In this document: positions 27,394-37,581 of the stretch, piece after piece
How the letters are laid out: each line of letters opens with the position of its first letter
How positions within the stretch are numbered: position 1 is the first letter of the stretch
DNA from: a virus
Lineage: Duplodnaviria > Caudoviricetes
Length of the DNA: 51,804 bases
IMG/VR virus record: IMGVR_UViG_3300034110_000722
Location: 1-51,804 of that record
Direction: 5' to 3' (one strand)
Notes under the pieces: generated by a model
Told to the model about the DNA's origin: nothing
Database searches by the model: none
What the model saw: only the letters and a program-made list of their open reading frames with translations
Translations under genes and position numbers: made by a program

Positions 27394-27484
27394 TTTGTAA
27401 CGGATGCTTTTCGACTGCCCGCGCCCGTCTTCAGATGCACGGAGGGGAGGCGCGAAACGCGCTATTGAAGCGGGACACCAAGGA

Positions 27485-29380
27485 TCAGTTGGCAATGATG
27501 GTGAGATCGAGCCTCGTGCTGCTGGTCAAAATGCGCGCATCACCGCTGGTGCGGCGAAGCTGCAATTCAAACGTTACCGTGGTGTTTGGCGTGTCGAATG
27601 TGCCTTCGAACAAGGGCGCGAAATCAGCCGCCACCAGAACGCCGCCGCTAATCACGGGCTGCGAGGGTAGCACCGCCGCTTCCACCCCGTTCAACATCAG
27701 ACGTGCCTCAAAGTCTGCATTCGATCCGGTGAACGTGACCGCCTCAAAGAACGAGCCGCCGAAGCTGACGAAGTTTGCCGTGCCAGCGGGCGCATTAACT
27801 ATCGTTACGCTGTCAATCGCCTGCCACAGCCCGTTGTCAGCCGTGCCGTTGTTGCTGACCACGAACTCGTTACGGATTGCAGAAACCGGCACGGGGTCGA
27901 GACTGACGCTACCGCTGGTTTCGTCGCGCTCCTGAGCAGTCTGACCAATTGCGGGTGTCGGCGGCGGTGAAGCGGTGCGACCCAAACAGAAGTCATGCTT
28001 TTCGTCTGTTTCAGTCATCAGTTCCAGCGTGACCTTCATTGTCACGGGGTCGATGTTCCTGCTGAGAATGATGCACTCGCTGTCGATGCCGAGTTCCGGC
28101 ACATCAACATACAGGCATTCACCCGGTCGGTAGTGACGCAGACGCGGTTTGCAGACCAGCGTGATCGGACTGATCTCACGGCTGTCAAACAAACGATATG
28201 CCGCAAGTTGAGCAGCCTGCCTCGCGTTCTTCACGAAGTTGAACGGCCACACATCACGCTTTTCTTCACCGTCTTCAGTCAGGAATGTAGTGTTGACCAC
28301 AGCACCTGCGTCCACCATCTCCCAATTGTTTTCAGGGCTGATGTAGCGCGGAACAACCGTGTTCAAGCGATCCCGATAGGACTGCATGGTGACAACTGAC
28401 ATTTCATCGTCTGTTACAACGTCGGTGGTAGTGACTGTATCGAGCGCCACCTTCGGTGCTGAATACTTGAAGGTCAGCACACCACCGGGGATCGGTTCAG
28501 CCCCACCAGCGTAGCAAATATCCTTCAGGTTCGCCCAGCGATCACCAGGCTCACCGATCACACCGAAGATTGTCCACTCGTTCGCATCGCACACGTTCGC
28601 CCACGCTGCGACTACGTTCCAGTCGATGCCATCGGCAGGCATTCCGATACCGAACACCCGCTTGCCGTTCTGATAGCGCCCGTAAGCATAGGTAGCGGCA
28701 TGAAGCGCAGGGTTTTCAGACCACTCATAGGTGCTCTCATCACCGAGCCGATGCGAACCAGATCCACCGGGGAACGTGCTGTCTTTGCGCGGGTCATACA
28801 CCAGCACCCACTGACCGTATGCTGCAAGTGGGTCAATGCCGCTGGCGAACCGCTTGCCGTCCTTGTCGAACAGGAACGACCACCCGATTGCCGCAAGACC
28901 CGACAGTTTGTGCGCGCTGGTCCATCCGGGCGTGCCGCTCCACTGCGGCGAGAGAGCGGTTGCTTCAGGTGTCGCGCCCAGCTGCGTGTCGGTGAACAGA
29001 AAGCCGTTATACCAACTCGGCACAGTCTCGAAGTTGATGCGAGGGCTGATGCTCTGGACGGGGCCGAGCGAATACACCACCGCCATGAAGCGATACGGGT
29101 TGGGCACTTTCTTCAGTGTCGGCCCATATGCGGTGTCGTGTCGCAGCACACCACCCACCAACCCCTCACCCATCGCGTATGGTGTTGGTCCGTTCGGGTC
29201 GATCAGCATCCTTGATACCGACCCTCGCGCCGGGGGCGGCTTGGTGAGCAACTGCGCGCCAATGCTAGCAGTGACTGCGACTGCTGCGAATATCACCGCA
29301 AGGATGGGATTACCTGTGAAAGTGGCAACCGTGGCGATGACACCAGCGACCTTACCGACAACTCGAAGTGCCTTAGCCAT
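27485..29380 (-). CDS. tail tip / central tail protein
   Basis: 'VYDPRKDST...WSENPALH', 'AAWANVCD', 'PGECLYV..PELG'; synteny. Confidence 0.8.
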   Translation of the reverse strand: MAKALRVVGKVAGVIATVATFTGNPILAVIFAAVAVTASIGAQLLTKPPPARGSVSRMLIDPNGPTPYAMGEGLVGGVLRHDTAYGPTLKKVPNPYRFMAVVYSLGPVQSISPRINFETVPSWYNGFLFTDTQLGATPEATALSPQWSGTPGWTSAHKLSGLAAIGWSFLFDKDGKRFASGIDPLAAYGQWVLVYDPRKDSTFPGGSGSHRLGDESTYEWSENPALHAATYAYGRYQNGKRVFGIGMPADGIDWNVVAAWANVCDANEWTIFGVIGEPGDRWANLKDICYAGGAEPIPGGVLTFKYSAPKVALDTVTTTDVVTDDEMSVVTMQSYRDRLNTVVPRYISPENNWEMVDAGAVVNTTFLTEDGEEKRDVWPFNFVKNARQAAQLAAYRLFDSREISPITLVCKPRLRHYRPGECLYVDVPELGIDSECIILSRNIDPVTMKVTLELMTETDEKHDFCLGRTASPPPTPAIGQTAQERDETSGSVSLDPVPVSAIRNEFVVSNNGTADNGLWQAIDSVTIVNAPAGTANFVSFGGSFFEAVTFTGSNADFEARLMLNGVEAAVLPSQPVISGGVLVAADFAPLFEGTFDTPNTTVTFELQLRRTSGDARILTSSTRLDLTIIAN

Positions 29381-29802
29381 CAGACCCGCCAAGCCCCCTC
29401 AAGTTCGCCAAGTGAAACATCCAGCAGCACCATGTCTGGCACATCGTCGCGCCACCCGAACACCTTGAGCGGGCCAGCACAGATGAAAATAGCGTCGAGA
29501 CCGCCCGCGCCCTTGATCAGCGCCAGATCACCGAGCAGCATGGAGGCGGGTGCAATCCGCGACAGGTGAGCATCCAGCATGTCTGCCACATCATTCCAAC
29601 CGTTCGCCTGAAGCGCACGAGCAGCGCCTAGCGCGCTGTCAAACACGGGGATGTCCGGTAGATCGTAGCCCATTTCGGACAAGTGCGAGTGAGCCAGATG
29701 AACGCACGTTACACCTGACCAATCGAAGTCAACACCGCGATAGCGATCAAGGGTGCGCTGTGTCGCCTGCTTGCGCCTGATGAGGGGTGATACGGTTGTC
29801 AT
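29380..29802 (-). CDS. NlpC/P60-like tail assembly protein
   Basis: 'FDWSGVTCVHL', 'LLGDLAL', terminal 'AWRV'. Confidence 0.7.
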   Translation of the reverse strand: MTTVSPLIRRKQATQRTLDRYRGVDFDWSGVTCVHLAHSHLSEMGYDLPDIPVFDSALGAARALQANGWNDVADMLDAHLSRIAPASMLLGDLALIKGAGGLDAIFICAGPLKVFGWRDDVPDMVLLDVSLGELEGAWRV

Positions 29803-30410
29803 CTGTTTCGCACCGCTTCAAATACGTTGTTGAGCACGCTGGACCCAAAGCCTGTCGCCCTGCCCTGACCACCACCCGGCGCAGCCTCAACACCCCAAGC
29901 AATCGAGCCTGTCAAGCCTGTCGCGTTATCCTGTCCGAGTTCACCCGGCCAGACCGACTTGTGCCACGAAGGATTCATGGTGTTGCCGATGTTACGCTCG
30001 AAAAGCCGTTCAGCCAGACTGACGACTGAAACAGACAGGACGTATTCGCTCGCTGAACGCTTCAGTATCGTCTGGTCGAGTTGCCCATAGAACTCTACCG
30101 AGCCTGTGCTGATAACACCCGTGTCTGCATCGTATTCAGCGATGATGAATTGCACGGGTGATGTCTGATTGCCGGGTTGTGACAATTCTTCAGGTGCGCT
30201 GCTGTTCGGCGGTAGAATTGTCAGCACAACGGCGGGCACGATGTCCCCCACGCTCTCCGCCATTGTCTGCAATGCGCCGATTGTGCCGAAGACCGGATCA
30301 TCGCTACGGTATGTCTCACCTTCATACACGAAAAAACCACCGTCGCAGAACCGAAGCGTGCGATCGGGCAATTCAATCTTGACAAGTCCGGTGAGAGCAA
30401 TCCGGCTCAT
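29799..30410 (-). CDS. minor tail / hub protein
   Basis: Synteny; 'WHKSVWPGELG...IAWG'. Confidence 0.7.
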   Translation of the reverse strand: MSRIALTGLVKIELPDRTLRFCDGGFFVYEGETYRSDDPVFGTIGALQTMAESVGDIVPAVVLTILPPNSSAPEELSQPGNQTSPVQFIIAEYDADTGVISTGSVEFYGQLDQTILKRSASEYVLSVSVVSLAERLFERNIGNTMNPSWHKSVWPGELGQDNATGLTGSIAWGVEAAPGGGQGRATGFGSSVLNNVFEAVRNR

Positions 30411-30994
30411 TTGCGTTCTTCAATCACTATCGAAAGCGGAACCTGTCGCAGATCCTCGTATGAGTAACTGAACGATTCGCCCACCAGATCACCTTGGACG
30501 AACGGTCGAGAGAGTTCAACACGTGCGCCGTCAGGAAAGGGTGCTCGCAACGGTGGCTCGATCTGAATCGTCGCTGTCCCCGTGTTGCTGGCCCGAACAG
30601 TCTCGAATACACTGTGCAGATATGCGGTGCCGTCGGCTTCAACCAACGTCAGCCAGTAGTCCTGCTTGGCGGTGTAGCCGGGTGTGAGATTGCGGACTGC
30701 GATGCTTGTGCCGCTCTGTCCTGCGCCGTCTACAACAGGCAATCCTGGCGACCCCTGCTCTTGCGGTAGCAGCACGTCGATCTGCACACCCTGCCGCTTG
30801 CCGCGCTTGAGACGACTGAGGAAGCGAGCAGCCGTTTCAGGGCGCATCACCTCTCGCGGCCACGTGAACGCCATCCTGTGCCGACTACCGGGGCGCTCCA
30901 CACGCAGCGATGCAGCGCCGCGCTGGATCAAGCCGAAGTCCAGCATTTCAACAGTAGGGCGGTTCGGGCGCGGAAAGCGTGGTAGGACGATCAT
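30407..30994 (-). CDS. distal tail protein
   Basis: Directly after the tape measure; 'RVERPGSRH', 'IEPPLRAP'. Confidence 0.65.
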   Translation of the reverse strand: MIVLPRFPRPNRPTVEMLDFGLIQRGAASLRVERPGSRHRMAFTWPREVMRPETAARFLSRLKRGKRQGVQIDVLLPQEQGSPGLPVVDGAGQSGTSIAVRNLTPGYTAKQDYWLTLVEADGTAYLHSVFETVRASNTGTATIQIEPPLRAPFPDGARVELSRPFVQGDLVGESFSYSYEDLRQVPLSIVIEERK

Positions 30995-33666
30995 GCCAGT
31001 CGCCTCGTGTTCTTGAACGCGGTTTCATTCTGGCTGATGCGAGCGCCCGCCTGAGCGACCGTCGGCGCACTCTGACCGATGCGATCATCCACGTAGGCGT
31101 TGAAGCGCGGATCATCGGTTGTGACCCGCACCATGACAGTCTGCGGCTCTGCTGCTGTCACACGCACACCAAGCGAGCCGTCAGAGCCGCGCTTCAGCGG
31201 CATGACTGCTTCGGGGCCAGCCTCACCCATCACTCCGAAACTGCCGCCCTTGGCGAACTTGAACACTGTGGGATCGCTGTAGATGCCGTTGGTGAATGCG
31301 CCGCCCTTGGCGAACTCTTTCACGCTGCCACCACTCTTGCTGTTGTCGCCGCTCTTGCTCGCGCTGTTGGAGCCACCACCGCCACCAGAACTGCCGCTAG
31401 ATCCAAAGTTGGCCGCGAGATTCAACAGCGAGTTGAACGCTTGATCGACAGCTAAATCCAACAAGCGGTTGATTATCCGGTTCACCACATTCATCACAGC
31501 GTTCCCGAATGTCTCCCACACGCTCTGACCCTGCTGCAAACCGGACACCATGTCACCAAAGAAACCACGGAGGCTCTCACGTGCATCATCGAAACGCTGC
31601 TGCTGAAGTCGCACTTGCTCGGTCAATTCGCCGAAACGTGCCGCCTGCTGCCGAACGCTCTCAACGTATTCGGGGGTCAACTCGATGTTCTCACGTGCTG
31701 CGCGATTGAGCAAGTCGCTCTCGATGCGATACGCTGTGAGTGCTGCACCCGTTAGGCCGATCTCACCGCGCGACCGCTCCATTGCAGCAGTCTGCAACTC
31801 AAGGTTGCGAGTGAAGTCAGCAGTGAACTCGGCTGTGCGGTTTGCCTCACTCTGTGCCGCAATGTTGCCAGCGCGCTCACGCAGCAGCAGAATGTGCTTG
31901 CGCATTTCTTCGTTCATGTTTTTCAGGTCGATCTTGCCGACACTTACGGCATCGTTCAGCAACTGCTGGAATGCAGCGGTCTCTACGAGTTGACGGCCAG
32001 TCAGCCCGATCAATTCGGACTGCTGCTCAAGCTCCCTGATCTGCTCCTGATACGCACGGGTCTGCTCTGCTACAGCTTTATCGACCTGCGCGCTCGCCAT
32101 CGCCTCACCGAGACGCATCAGTTCTTCGCGGCGCTTCACGTCAAGCGTGATGCCCTGACTGGCTGCGTTGCGCAGCAACTCCTGCTGTGCGAGGAATCGC
32201 GCACCTGCCGCTTCAGTCATGCCGAGCGCCATCGTCTCGTCGGTGAGTGAGTTAATACGCTCTTGAGCGCGCTTGGTTAGTTCCTCGTAAGCCTTAGCTT
32301 GCCGCTCTGCTTCGGACTGCTGCGGTGATGCGCCGCCGCTAGCCCCTGCACCTTTCGGTGTGGCTGCTTTAGGCATGAGACCCCGCAGCATATCAGCGCC
32401 GGAACCGATGGTATCACTGACGAAGTTACCGATATCACCCACAACGTCGCGGTTTGCACTTGTGTCGAACTTAAAGCCGCTCAAGTCAATCTGGCCGACA
32501 GTCACGTCGAAGCCTAGCATTCTAGCGATGCCAGAGAACGCGCTGGTCAAGCCGTTGACAACTGTTTCGGCTGCGGTGACGATCGAGTTAAACGCGGTCA
32601 TGAAGAATCTCAAGATCGCGTTGGCTACAGCCCTGACAGTCTTCAGTATGCTTGTGAACACACCGCCGAACTTATCGTTCAGCAAGGACATGGCGGTAAT
32701 CACCAAGCCGATTGCAATGACGATGGCACCGAACGGATTGGCGGACGCGAACACGATCATCGCAACTGTGGCGCGACCGATCATCCCGTAGAGTGTCGCG
32801 CCGATGGTCGTCGCCAGCGAAAGCACGGCTGCAAGAATGCGCGGCCCGAAAGCTACAGCAGCGACCAATCCGAAATAGACAATTGCCTCAGATGCGCTCT
32901 CTGCCGCTGTAGCGAGCGTGTCCATGCCGTCAGCGACAACAGTAATCAGCGTCTTGGCTACCGACATCCAGTCCACCATTTGCAACCCTGCCGCGACAAG
33001 TGCGACAAGACCGATGGTTAGCACGGTGGTCATGTTGAACAACTGACGCAAACCAGCAAGCAGATTGCCCACACCGCCCTGCATAGCCGACGAAAGCTGC
33101 GTGCCCTGCTGCAATGCGATCAGCAGCGGCGACATGCCGCCCGCAGCAGTCACACCAATGTCTTGGAACTGAGCGGCGATGTTGCCTGGTGTGGACTGAA
33201 GCCGGTTAATGTTATCGTTCGCAGCTGCACCGAGACGATTGAGGCTGCTGGCTGCGCTGTTCGCCGCCGCTGGGACGGATGCTAGGCTGGCTCGATACGC
33301 TTTGATGTGAGCGTCTGCCGCACCTGTAGCGGTAGTGACGCGAGTGAGACCACCAACAAGGTTGTTGATCGGAGCCGACGCTCCTGCCGCCGCCATCTGC
33401 ACGGTCTTGATCGCAGTCCCGGCACCGAGCGCAGCCTTGCCGAACCGATCAGTCGGCGCAACCGCAGCAGCCGCAGCAGCGCGCACCTTATCAACGCCGC
33501 TTGCTGCGCCGCCCGTGACGGTCGTGAGACCGTGAGCAGCAGCGTTGAAGCGCTCAATGCCCTTCTCAGCCTTCTGTGCGGACGGCACCAGTGCATCGAG
33601 CGCCGCCTTACCATCCTTCAGCGGGCCGGTGGGCATCTCGATGCCGAGACGGGCGATCTCATTCAT
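30991..33666 (-). CDS. tape measure protein
   Basis: 'AQFQDIGVT..GGMSPL..LQQGTQL', hydrophobic and helical blocks, 'FAKGG...GEAGPEAVMPL'. Confidence 0.92.
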   Translation of the reverse strand: MNEIARLGIEMPTGPLKDGKAALDALVPSAQKAEKGIERFNAAAHGLTTVTGGAASGVDKVRAAAAAAVAPTDRFGKAALGAGTAIKTVQMAAAGASAPINNLVGGLTRVTTATGAADAHIKAYRASLASVPAAANSAASSLNRLGAAANDNINRLQSTPGNIAAQFQDIGVTAAGGMSPLLIALQQGTQLSSAMQGGVGNLLAGLRQLFNMTTVLTIGLVALVAAGLQMVDWMSVAKTLITVVADGMDTLATAAESASEAIVYFGLVAAVAFGPRILAAVLSLATTIGATLYGMIGRATVAMIVFASANPFGAIVIAIGLVITAMSLLNDKFGGVFTSILKTVRAVANAILRFFMTAFNSIVTAAETVVNGLTSAFSGIARMLGFDVTVGQIDLSGFKFDTSANRDVVGDIGNFVSDTIGSGADMLRGLMPKAATPKGAGASGGASPQQSEAERQAKAYEELTKRAQERINSLTDETMALGMTEAAGARFLAQQELLRNAASQGITLDVKRREELMRLGEAMASAQVDKAVAEQTRAYQEQIRELEQQSELIGLTGRQLVETAAFQQLLNDAVSVGKIDLKNMNEEMRKHILLLRERAGNIAAQSEANRTAEFTADFTRNLELQTAAMERSRGEIGLTGAALTAYRIESDLLNRAARENIELTPEYVESVRQQAARFGELTEQVRLQQQRFDDARESLRGFFGDMVSGLQQGQSVWETFGNAVMNVVNRIINRLLDLAVDQAFNSLLNLAANFGSSGSSGGGGGSNSASKSGDNSKSGGSVKEFAKGGAFTNGIYSDPTVFKFAKGGSFGVMGEAGPEAVMPLKRGSDGSLGVRVTAAEPQTVMVRVTTDDPRFNAYVDDRIGQSAPTVAQAGARISQNETAFKNTRRLA

Positions 33667-34062
33667 TTCTTGCCCTTCCCCTTATCGGTGATGTCGGCGC
33701 GCTTCGCCTCCAATTCTTTATTCATTTCGCTGCAAAATGCAACGTCCATCGCAAACAGAGCCTCTTGCTCCCACGGATGGACGATCTCACCCGTGAGAGT
33801 GCGCCATGCCAGCCATTCGGACGGGGGAATGGGGTCGCACACACCGTCGTGCCCGCGACCGACTGTAGCGCTCACCTGCATGAACCATTCCCACACGTGC
33901 TCACACCCGTCAGGGATGTCGAGCGGTGGCGCTTCTTGGTCGAAGCGAGCATAGCCGTCGCGCCGCGAAAGCATCACCCCGTCGAATTTCTTCCAAGGGG
34001 TGTCATACCGTGCGTAAGTGGTGATTGCGTCGATCAGTCCGTCTTGGAGAGATCGAAAAAAC
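33663..34062 (-). CDS. tail assembly chaperone, -1 frameshift extension (gpGT-like)
   Basis: The -1 frame is open from T TTT TTC (34055-34061) into 'VWEWF...IPPSEW.AW'. Confidence 0.8.
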
Positions 34063-34447
34063 TCTTGGTTTCACCAATCGCCTCTTGAATCTGCTCGCCG
34101 ATCCACGTGAGTTCAGTGACAAGCGCGATGAAGTTTTTCTGGTTGTATTCCGGCTGCTCACCGTGGAACGCAGGCATGTCCGCTTCCTCACCGGTCGGGT
34201 TGTACCACTCCCAATCGAGCGTGCCGCCGAACATAAGCATGTTGGCGTTGCGTTCCAGTTCGTCAGCCTTGAACGCTTTGTTCTTGGCTTGCAGCTTCAG
34301 GCTCTCGTCGGTGATCTGGCGCTTGATGCGCTTCAACCGGTCGTCTTCGATCGACATGACACGGACGCGCAGGCCGATGGGCTGACCGCTAACCGGGCTT
34401 ACGATTTCAATGGTGCGGTCGGTCGGCTTGAGGTTCGTCAGTTCCAT
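34034..34447 (-). CDS. tail assembly chaperone (gpG-like)
   Basis: Between tail tube and TMP; 'WIGEQI...SFF' with slippery site. Confidence 0.8.
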   Translation of the reverse strand: MELTNLKPTDRTIEIVSPVSGQPIGLRVRVMSIEDDRLKRIKRQITDESLKLQAKNKAFKADELERNANMLMFGGTLDWEWYNPTGEEADMPAFHGEQPEYNQKNFIALVTELTWIGEQIQEAIGETKSFFDLSKTD

Positions 34448-34459
34448 GTGTTGCTCCTG

Positions 34460-34696
34460 TTAGGCTGCGCGGCGCATAATGTTGTCAGGGTGAGCGGATG
34501 CCATAGCGTTAGCGAACCAACCGACCATCCACCCGTCAATGTCTTCGCCGGGTGCATTTGATGCGTTAGCGTCGATACCGTTGCGGTCACGAGTTAGTCG
34601 CCATGCGACCGCCCACTTCATAGCATCGGTTTCGCCAAGTGGGTAATTGGGGTCAGCCGCCATTGCTTCGCTGACCTCTTGTTCAATGTCCGTCAT
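34460..34696 (-). CDS. inserted hypothetical protein (moron-like)
   Basis: GGAG RBS; 'DAMKWA...WMVGWFANAM'. Confidence 0.6.
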   Translation of the reverse strand: MTDIEQEVSEAMAADPNYPLGETDAMKWAVAWRLTRDRNGIDANASNAPGEDIDGWMVGWFANAMASAHPDNIMRRAA

Positions 34697-34711
34697 GCGG
34701 TTGCTCCAAAG

Positions 34712-34746
34712 CAAAAGGGTGCCGACACACTGCGCCGACACCCTCA
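34712..34746 (-). terminator. intrinsic terminator after the tail tube gene
   Basis: GGGTGTCGGC...GTCGGCACCC stem followed by TTTT on the minus strand. Confidence 0.6.
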
Positions 34747-34795
34747 AACTGTCAAGGTGGTAAGTGGTCAGAGACCACCACCCGTGCCTGAGCGA

Positions 34796-35326
34796 TCAGA
34801 GACCGCTGACCGGATCGACCTTGATCTGCTTCTGAACCAGACCCAGCGTGAAGATTTCGAGGTCGAAGTCCTCGTTGCGACCGTTCGGCTCGCGCGGGCC
34901 TGCCACCAGACCGCGATTGTAGCGGATGGTCGGCTTGCTGTCGGGGTCGGCGTCAGGCTTGTCCGTGCCCTCGATCTTGAAAGCGTAGTAGAAGTTCGTT
35001 TGAGCAGCAGCGCGCAGAATGTCTTGACCTGCATCGGACGGATCGCGGGCGACTTCGATTTCCGGCGAGCCAGCGTCGGTCAGACCCTTCGCCTTCTGAA
35101 TGACCGCATCATCCCACGTGTCATAGTTCAGAATGTTGGTGTTATCGCCGGTCTCACCGACATTACCGACACCACCGACGAGCACCCAAGTCAGGGCTGC
35201 ATAAGCAGATGCGTTCAGATCAGTTGGTTGCGGGGTGGCGCAGACATACAGTTTGCTGCCAGCGTTGGTGTTGAAATAAGCTGCGGCGACCAGTGCGGTC
35301 GTCTTGGCGAGGACGGTGTTCTTCAT
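34796..35326 (-). CDS. major tail tube protein (with LxAxAY leader)
   Basis: 'TNAGSKLYVC', 'VGNVGETG', 'KAKG..DAG', 'DAGQ..LRAA'. Confidence 0.85.
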   Translation of the reverse strand: MKNTVLAKTTALVAAAYFNTNAGSKLYVCATPQPTDLNASAYAALTWVLVGGVGNVGETGDNTNILNYDTWDDAVIQKAKGLTDAGSPEIEVARDPSDAGQDILRAAAQTNFYYAFKIEGTDKPDADPDSKPTIRYNRGLVAGPREPNGRNEDFDLEIFTLGLVQKQIKVDPVSGL

Positions 35327-35760
35327 GGCTCAAGCCCTTTGCGATACGACTGGTACAAAATCGAAACGGGAAGCAGAACCTCACTGCCCTGCTCGATAAT
35401 ACCCGCTGGATCGGCTGTAGCATACACCTGAACGCCCGACAATAGGCGACCCTTGGTGAAGTAGCGTGTGATCGACTGAAGCAGCAGCGTCGGTGCGTAG
35501 ATACCACCACCATCGTTCGGCCAGTGCAGCACCAGTCTTAGGATACCGCGATGGTTCTTCTCGTCACCGAGGAAGTCACCTGTGCGGTTGTTCGGGAGCC
35601 ACACGATCTCAAGCCACTTCTGGTCGGCAGGTGGCGCAAACGCAGGCCCGCCCGACGTGCCAACCATCAGATACTTGACAGGCAGCGTCGGGCTGTCGCT
35701 CGCCGCAACTGCTGCGGTCACGGCAGTTTGCAGGGCTTCAATGATCGCTGGTTCGCTCAT
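35323..35760 (-). CDS. tail terminator protein
   Basis: Synteny; 'FAPP....WL', 'GIL...L.WP..GG', 'PVSI.Y'. Confidence 0.7.
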   Translation of the reverse strand: MSEPAIIEALQTAVTAAVAASDSPTLPVKYLMVGTSGGPAFAPPADQKWLEIVWLPNNRTGDFLGDEKNHRGILRLVLHWPNDGGGIYAPTLLLQSITRYFTKGRLLSGVQVYATADPAGIIEQGSEVLLPVSILYQSYRKGLEP

Positions 35761-36197
35761 CCTACGTCGTCGCTCACTTTCTTGCTCGCCAGATCGACAT
35801 ACTTTTGCCAGTTTTGCACGGGTATGTCCACGAAACCATCGTAGGTGTTTCGAGCCGCCGCATACGCAGCAGTCCAACCGAAGAAAAACGTGTCACCGAG
35901 TTTCAGGTCCATGATGACAGCAGCGAGTGGATAACCGTCGAAGTCATCGTAGATGCCTGTGTATTGCCCGACTGGCGCATCTGTTGGGCGCTGACTTTCA
36001 CCGGACGGCATTGATCCGATTGCGCCGCGACCTGAAGCCCTGAGAAAGCCTGTATCGACGCGCATCCGCCCACCCTTTGCTGTCGGGGTTTGCATGTCGT
36101 TCACCATGTCGAGAGCGGCAGTCTGGACAACTGCGAGCATTCGCTGCTCGGTCTCTTTGACCCAAGCGTTCATCGTGGCGCTGAAACTCTGGGTCAT
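35757..36197 (-). CDS. neck / tail-completion protein (HK97 gp10-like)
   Basis: 'RVDTGFLRAS', 'WTAAYA', 'GFV....QNW'. Confidence 0.8.
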   Translation of the reverse strand: MTQSFSATMNAWVKETEQRMLAVVQTAALDMVNDMQTPTAKGGRMRVDTGFLRASGRGAIGSMPSGESQRPTDAPVGQYTGIYDDFDGYPLAAVIMDLKLGDTFFFGWTAAYAAARNTYDGFVDIPVQNWQKYVDLASKKVSDDVG

Positions 36198-37216
36198 GTC
36201 ACACCCACCCCAAACCGAATCTCATAACGAATCCTGCACCTGCAACCGATGATTTCGCGCGCAGGTGCATCAAGCGACACGTCATGCGGGTGCATCAGCC
36301 GCGCACCCGTTACAGGTGACACGAACGGCTCATCCATTCCGACCGACACCCCGTCCAGAGCGCGATGACTGTCGCGCACCCTGCCATCCCCGGCGCTGTC
36401 CCACACCTTGCGGATGGCGCTCAGTGGCCGACCATTGCGCAGAGCCGCCTGCTTCACTGCTTCATATTCGCCACGGTTCAGTGCGGACAGTGCTTCGGTG
36501 CGTCCGATCTGCTCACCGCGATGCTTCAGCGCGTTGTCCTTGTAGAGACCGATCAGTTTGTCCACTGTGTCCCCGGACAGCGGACGGCCTGTGCGGATTG
36601 CCTCTTTCACCACATCGTCAAACCGGCTCGCTCGCAGCCCCATGTCGAAATACGATTCATCAAGCGTCAGCAGTTTCTGCCGTGCGCTCTCGACCCAGTT
36701 CAACTGCTGTGCGGTCAGCCCGATGCTGCCACCCTCGCGCCGTCCTGTTTGCCGGTTCACCCGCCCCACGAGATCCAATGCGACATTGCGTGGATTGCGA
36801 CCCTCACGCATCCCACGTTGCAATGCGTCACGGACGGACTGGCGAACGTCTTCCTCGATCTCGGTAATGAGACCGCTGGAACGCTGACCCAGCCATTGCT
36901 CTGCCGCACGGTCGCGGATGTCGAAACGAATCACTGTCTTTACTCCGTCGGCACCCGTAACATACTTTGGCAAACCTGCGATTAACGCAAGCCCGCCAGC
37001 CTCAAATGTCTGAGCGAGTGCGAAGTAGAAACCGTTGAACAGGGCGGGATTGAGACCGAGCGCACGTAGCACACCTGCTTCGTCACCGAGTTCAATCATG
37101 CGGATCACTTCGACAAGCAACGCCTCATCGCGCAACCGGCGAATACCGTCGAGTATCGCATCGCGCAACGCAGGCTCAAAACGAGCGAGTAGTTCGGTGA
37201 GTTGCTTCTCGGTCAT
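36194..37216 (-). CDS. head morphogenesis protein (Mu gpF/SPP1 gp7-like)
   Basis: 'IGRTE', 'KVWDSAGDGRVRDSH..LDG', 'IGCRC'. Confidence 0.85.
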   Translation of the reverse strand: MTEKQLTELLARFEPALRDAILDGIRRLRDEALLVEVIRMIELGDEAGVLRALGLNPALFNGFYFALAQTFEAGGLALIAGLPKYVTGADGVKTVIRFDIRDRAAEQWLGQRSSGLITEIEEDVRQSVRDALQRGMREGRNPRNVALDLVGRVNRQTGRREGGSIGLTAQQLNWVESARQKLLTLDESYFDMGLRASRFDDVVKEAIRTGRPLSGDTVDKLIGLYKDNALKHRGEQIGRTEALSALNRGEYEAVKQAALRNGRPLSAIRKVWDSAGDGRVRDSHRALDGVSVGMDEPFVSPVTGARLMHPHDVSLDAPAREIIGCRCRIRYEIRFGVGVT

Positions 37217-37581
37217 CAGCGCCGCACAATCACAGTCCAAGACACCGAATCACCCGCAGCAGGGCGCGGCATCACCACGTTGATCTTGTGATCCACACCG
37301 TCGATGCGAATGAAGTGACCTAACACCGGAGTGGGTGATACACCGTCGTTCGGAATGCTCAACTGCTTGTCCGTGCGAACGACACTGGTGCCATCGACAT
37401 ATTTCGTGCTGACGGGACGTGCCGTCGAATTGATCGTGACAGGCGTGCCTTTGACGGGTGCAGCAGGTGCATCAGGGCGTGAACCAGCGGGTACAGTGAG
37501 CGGCACGTAGCGCACGTCACCTTGCTTGAACTCAGCGTGCAGTTCGGACGACACCTGACGAAGATCATCGTAAATCGACAT
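37216..37581 (-). CDS. head closure protein
   Basis: Synteny; 'KYVDGT.V..TD', 'IDG'. Confidence 0.7.
   Translation of the reverse strand: MSIYDDLRQVSSELHAEFKQGDVRYVPLTVPAGSRPDAPAAPVKGTPVTINSTARPVSTKYVDGTSVVRTDKQLSIPNDGVSPTPVLGHFIRIDGVDHKINVVMPRPAAGDSVSWTVIVRR

Noticed and set aside
27327-28237. Diversity-generating retroelement TR/VR pair
   Set aside because: No reverse transcriptase is visible. The mismatches are silent or conservative and not adenine-specific, and the match is mid-gene.
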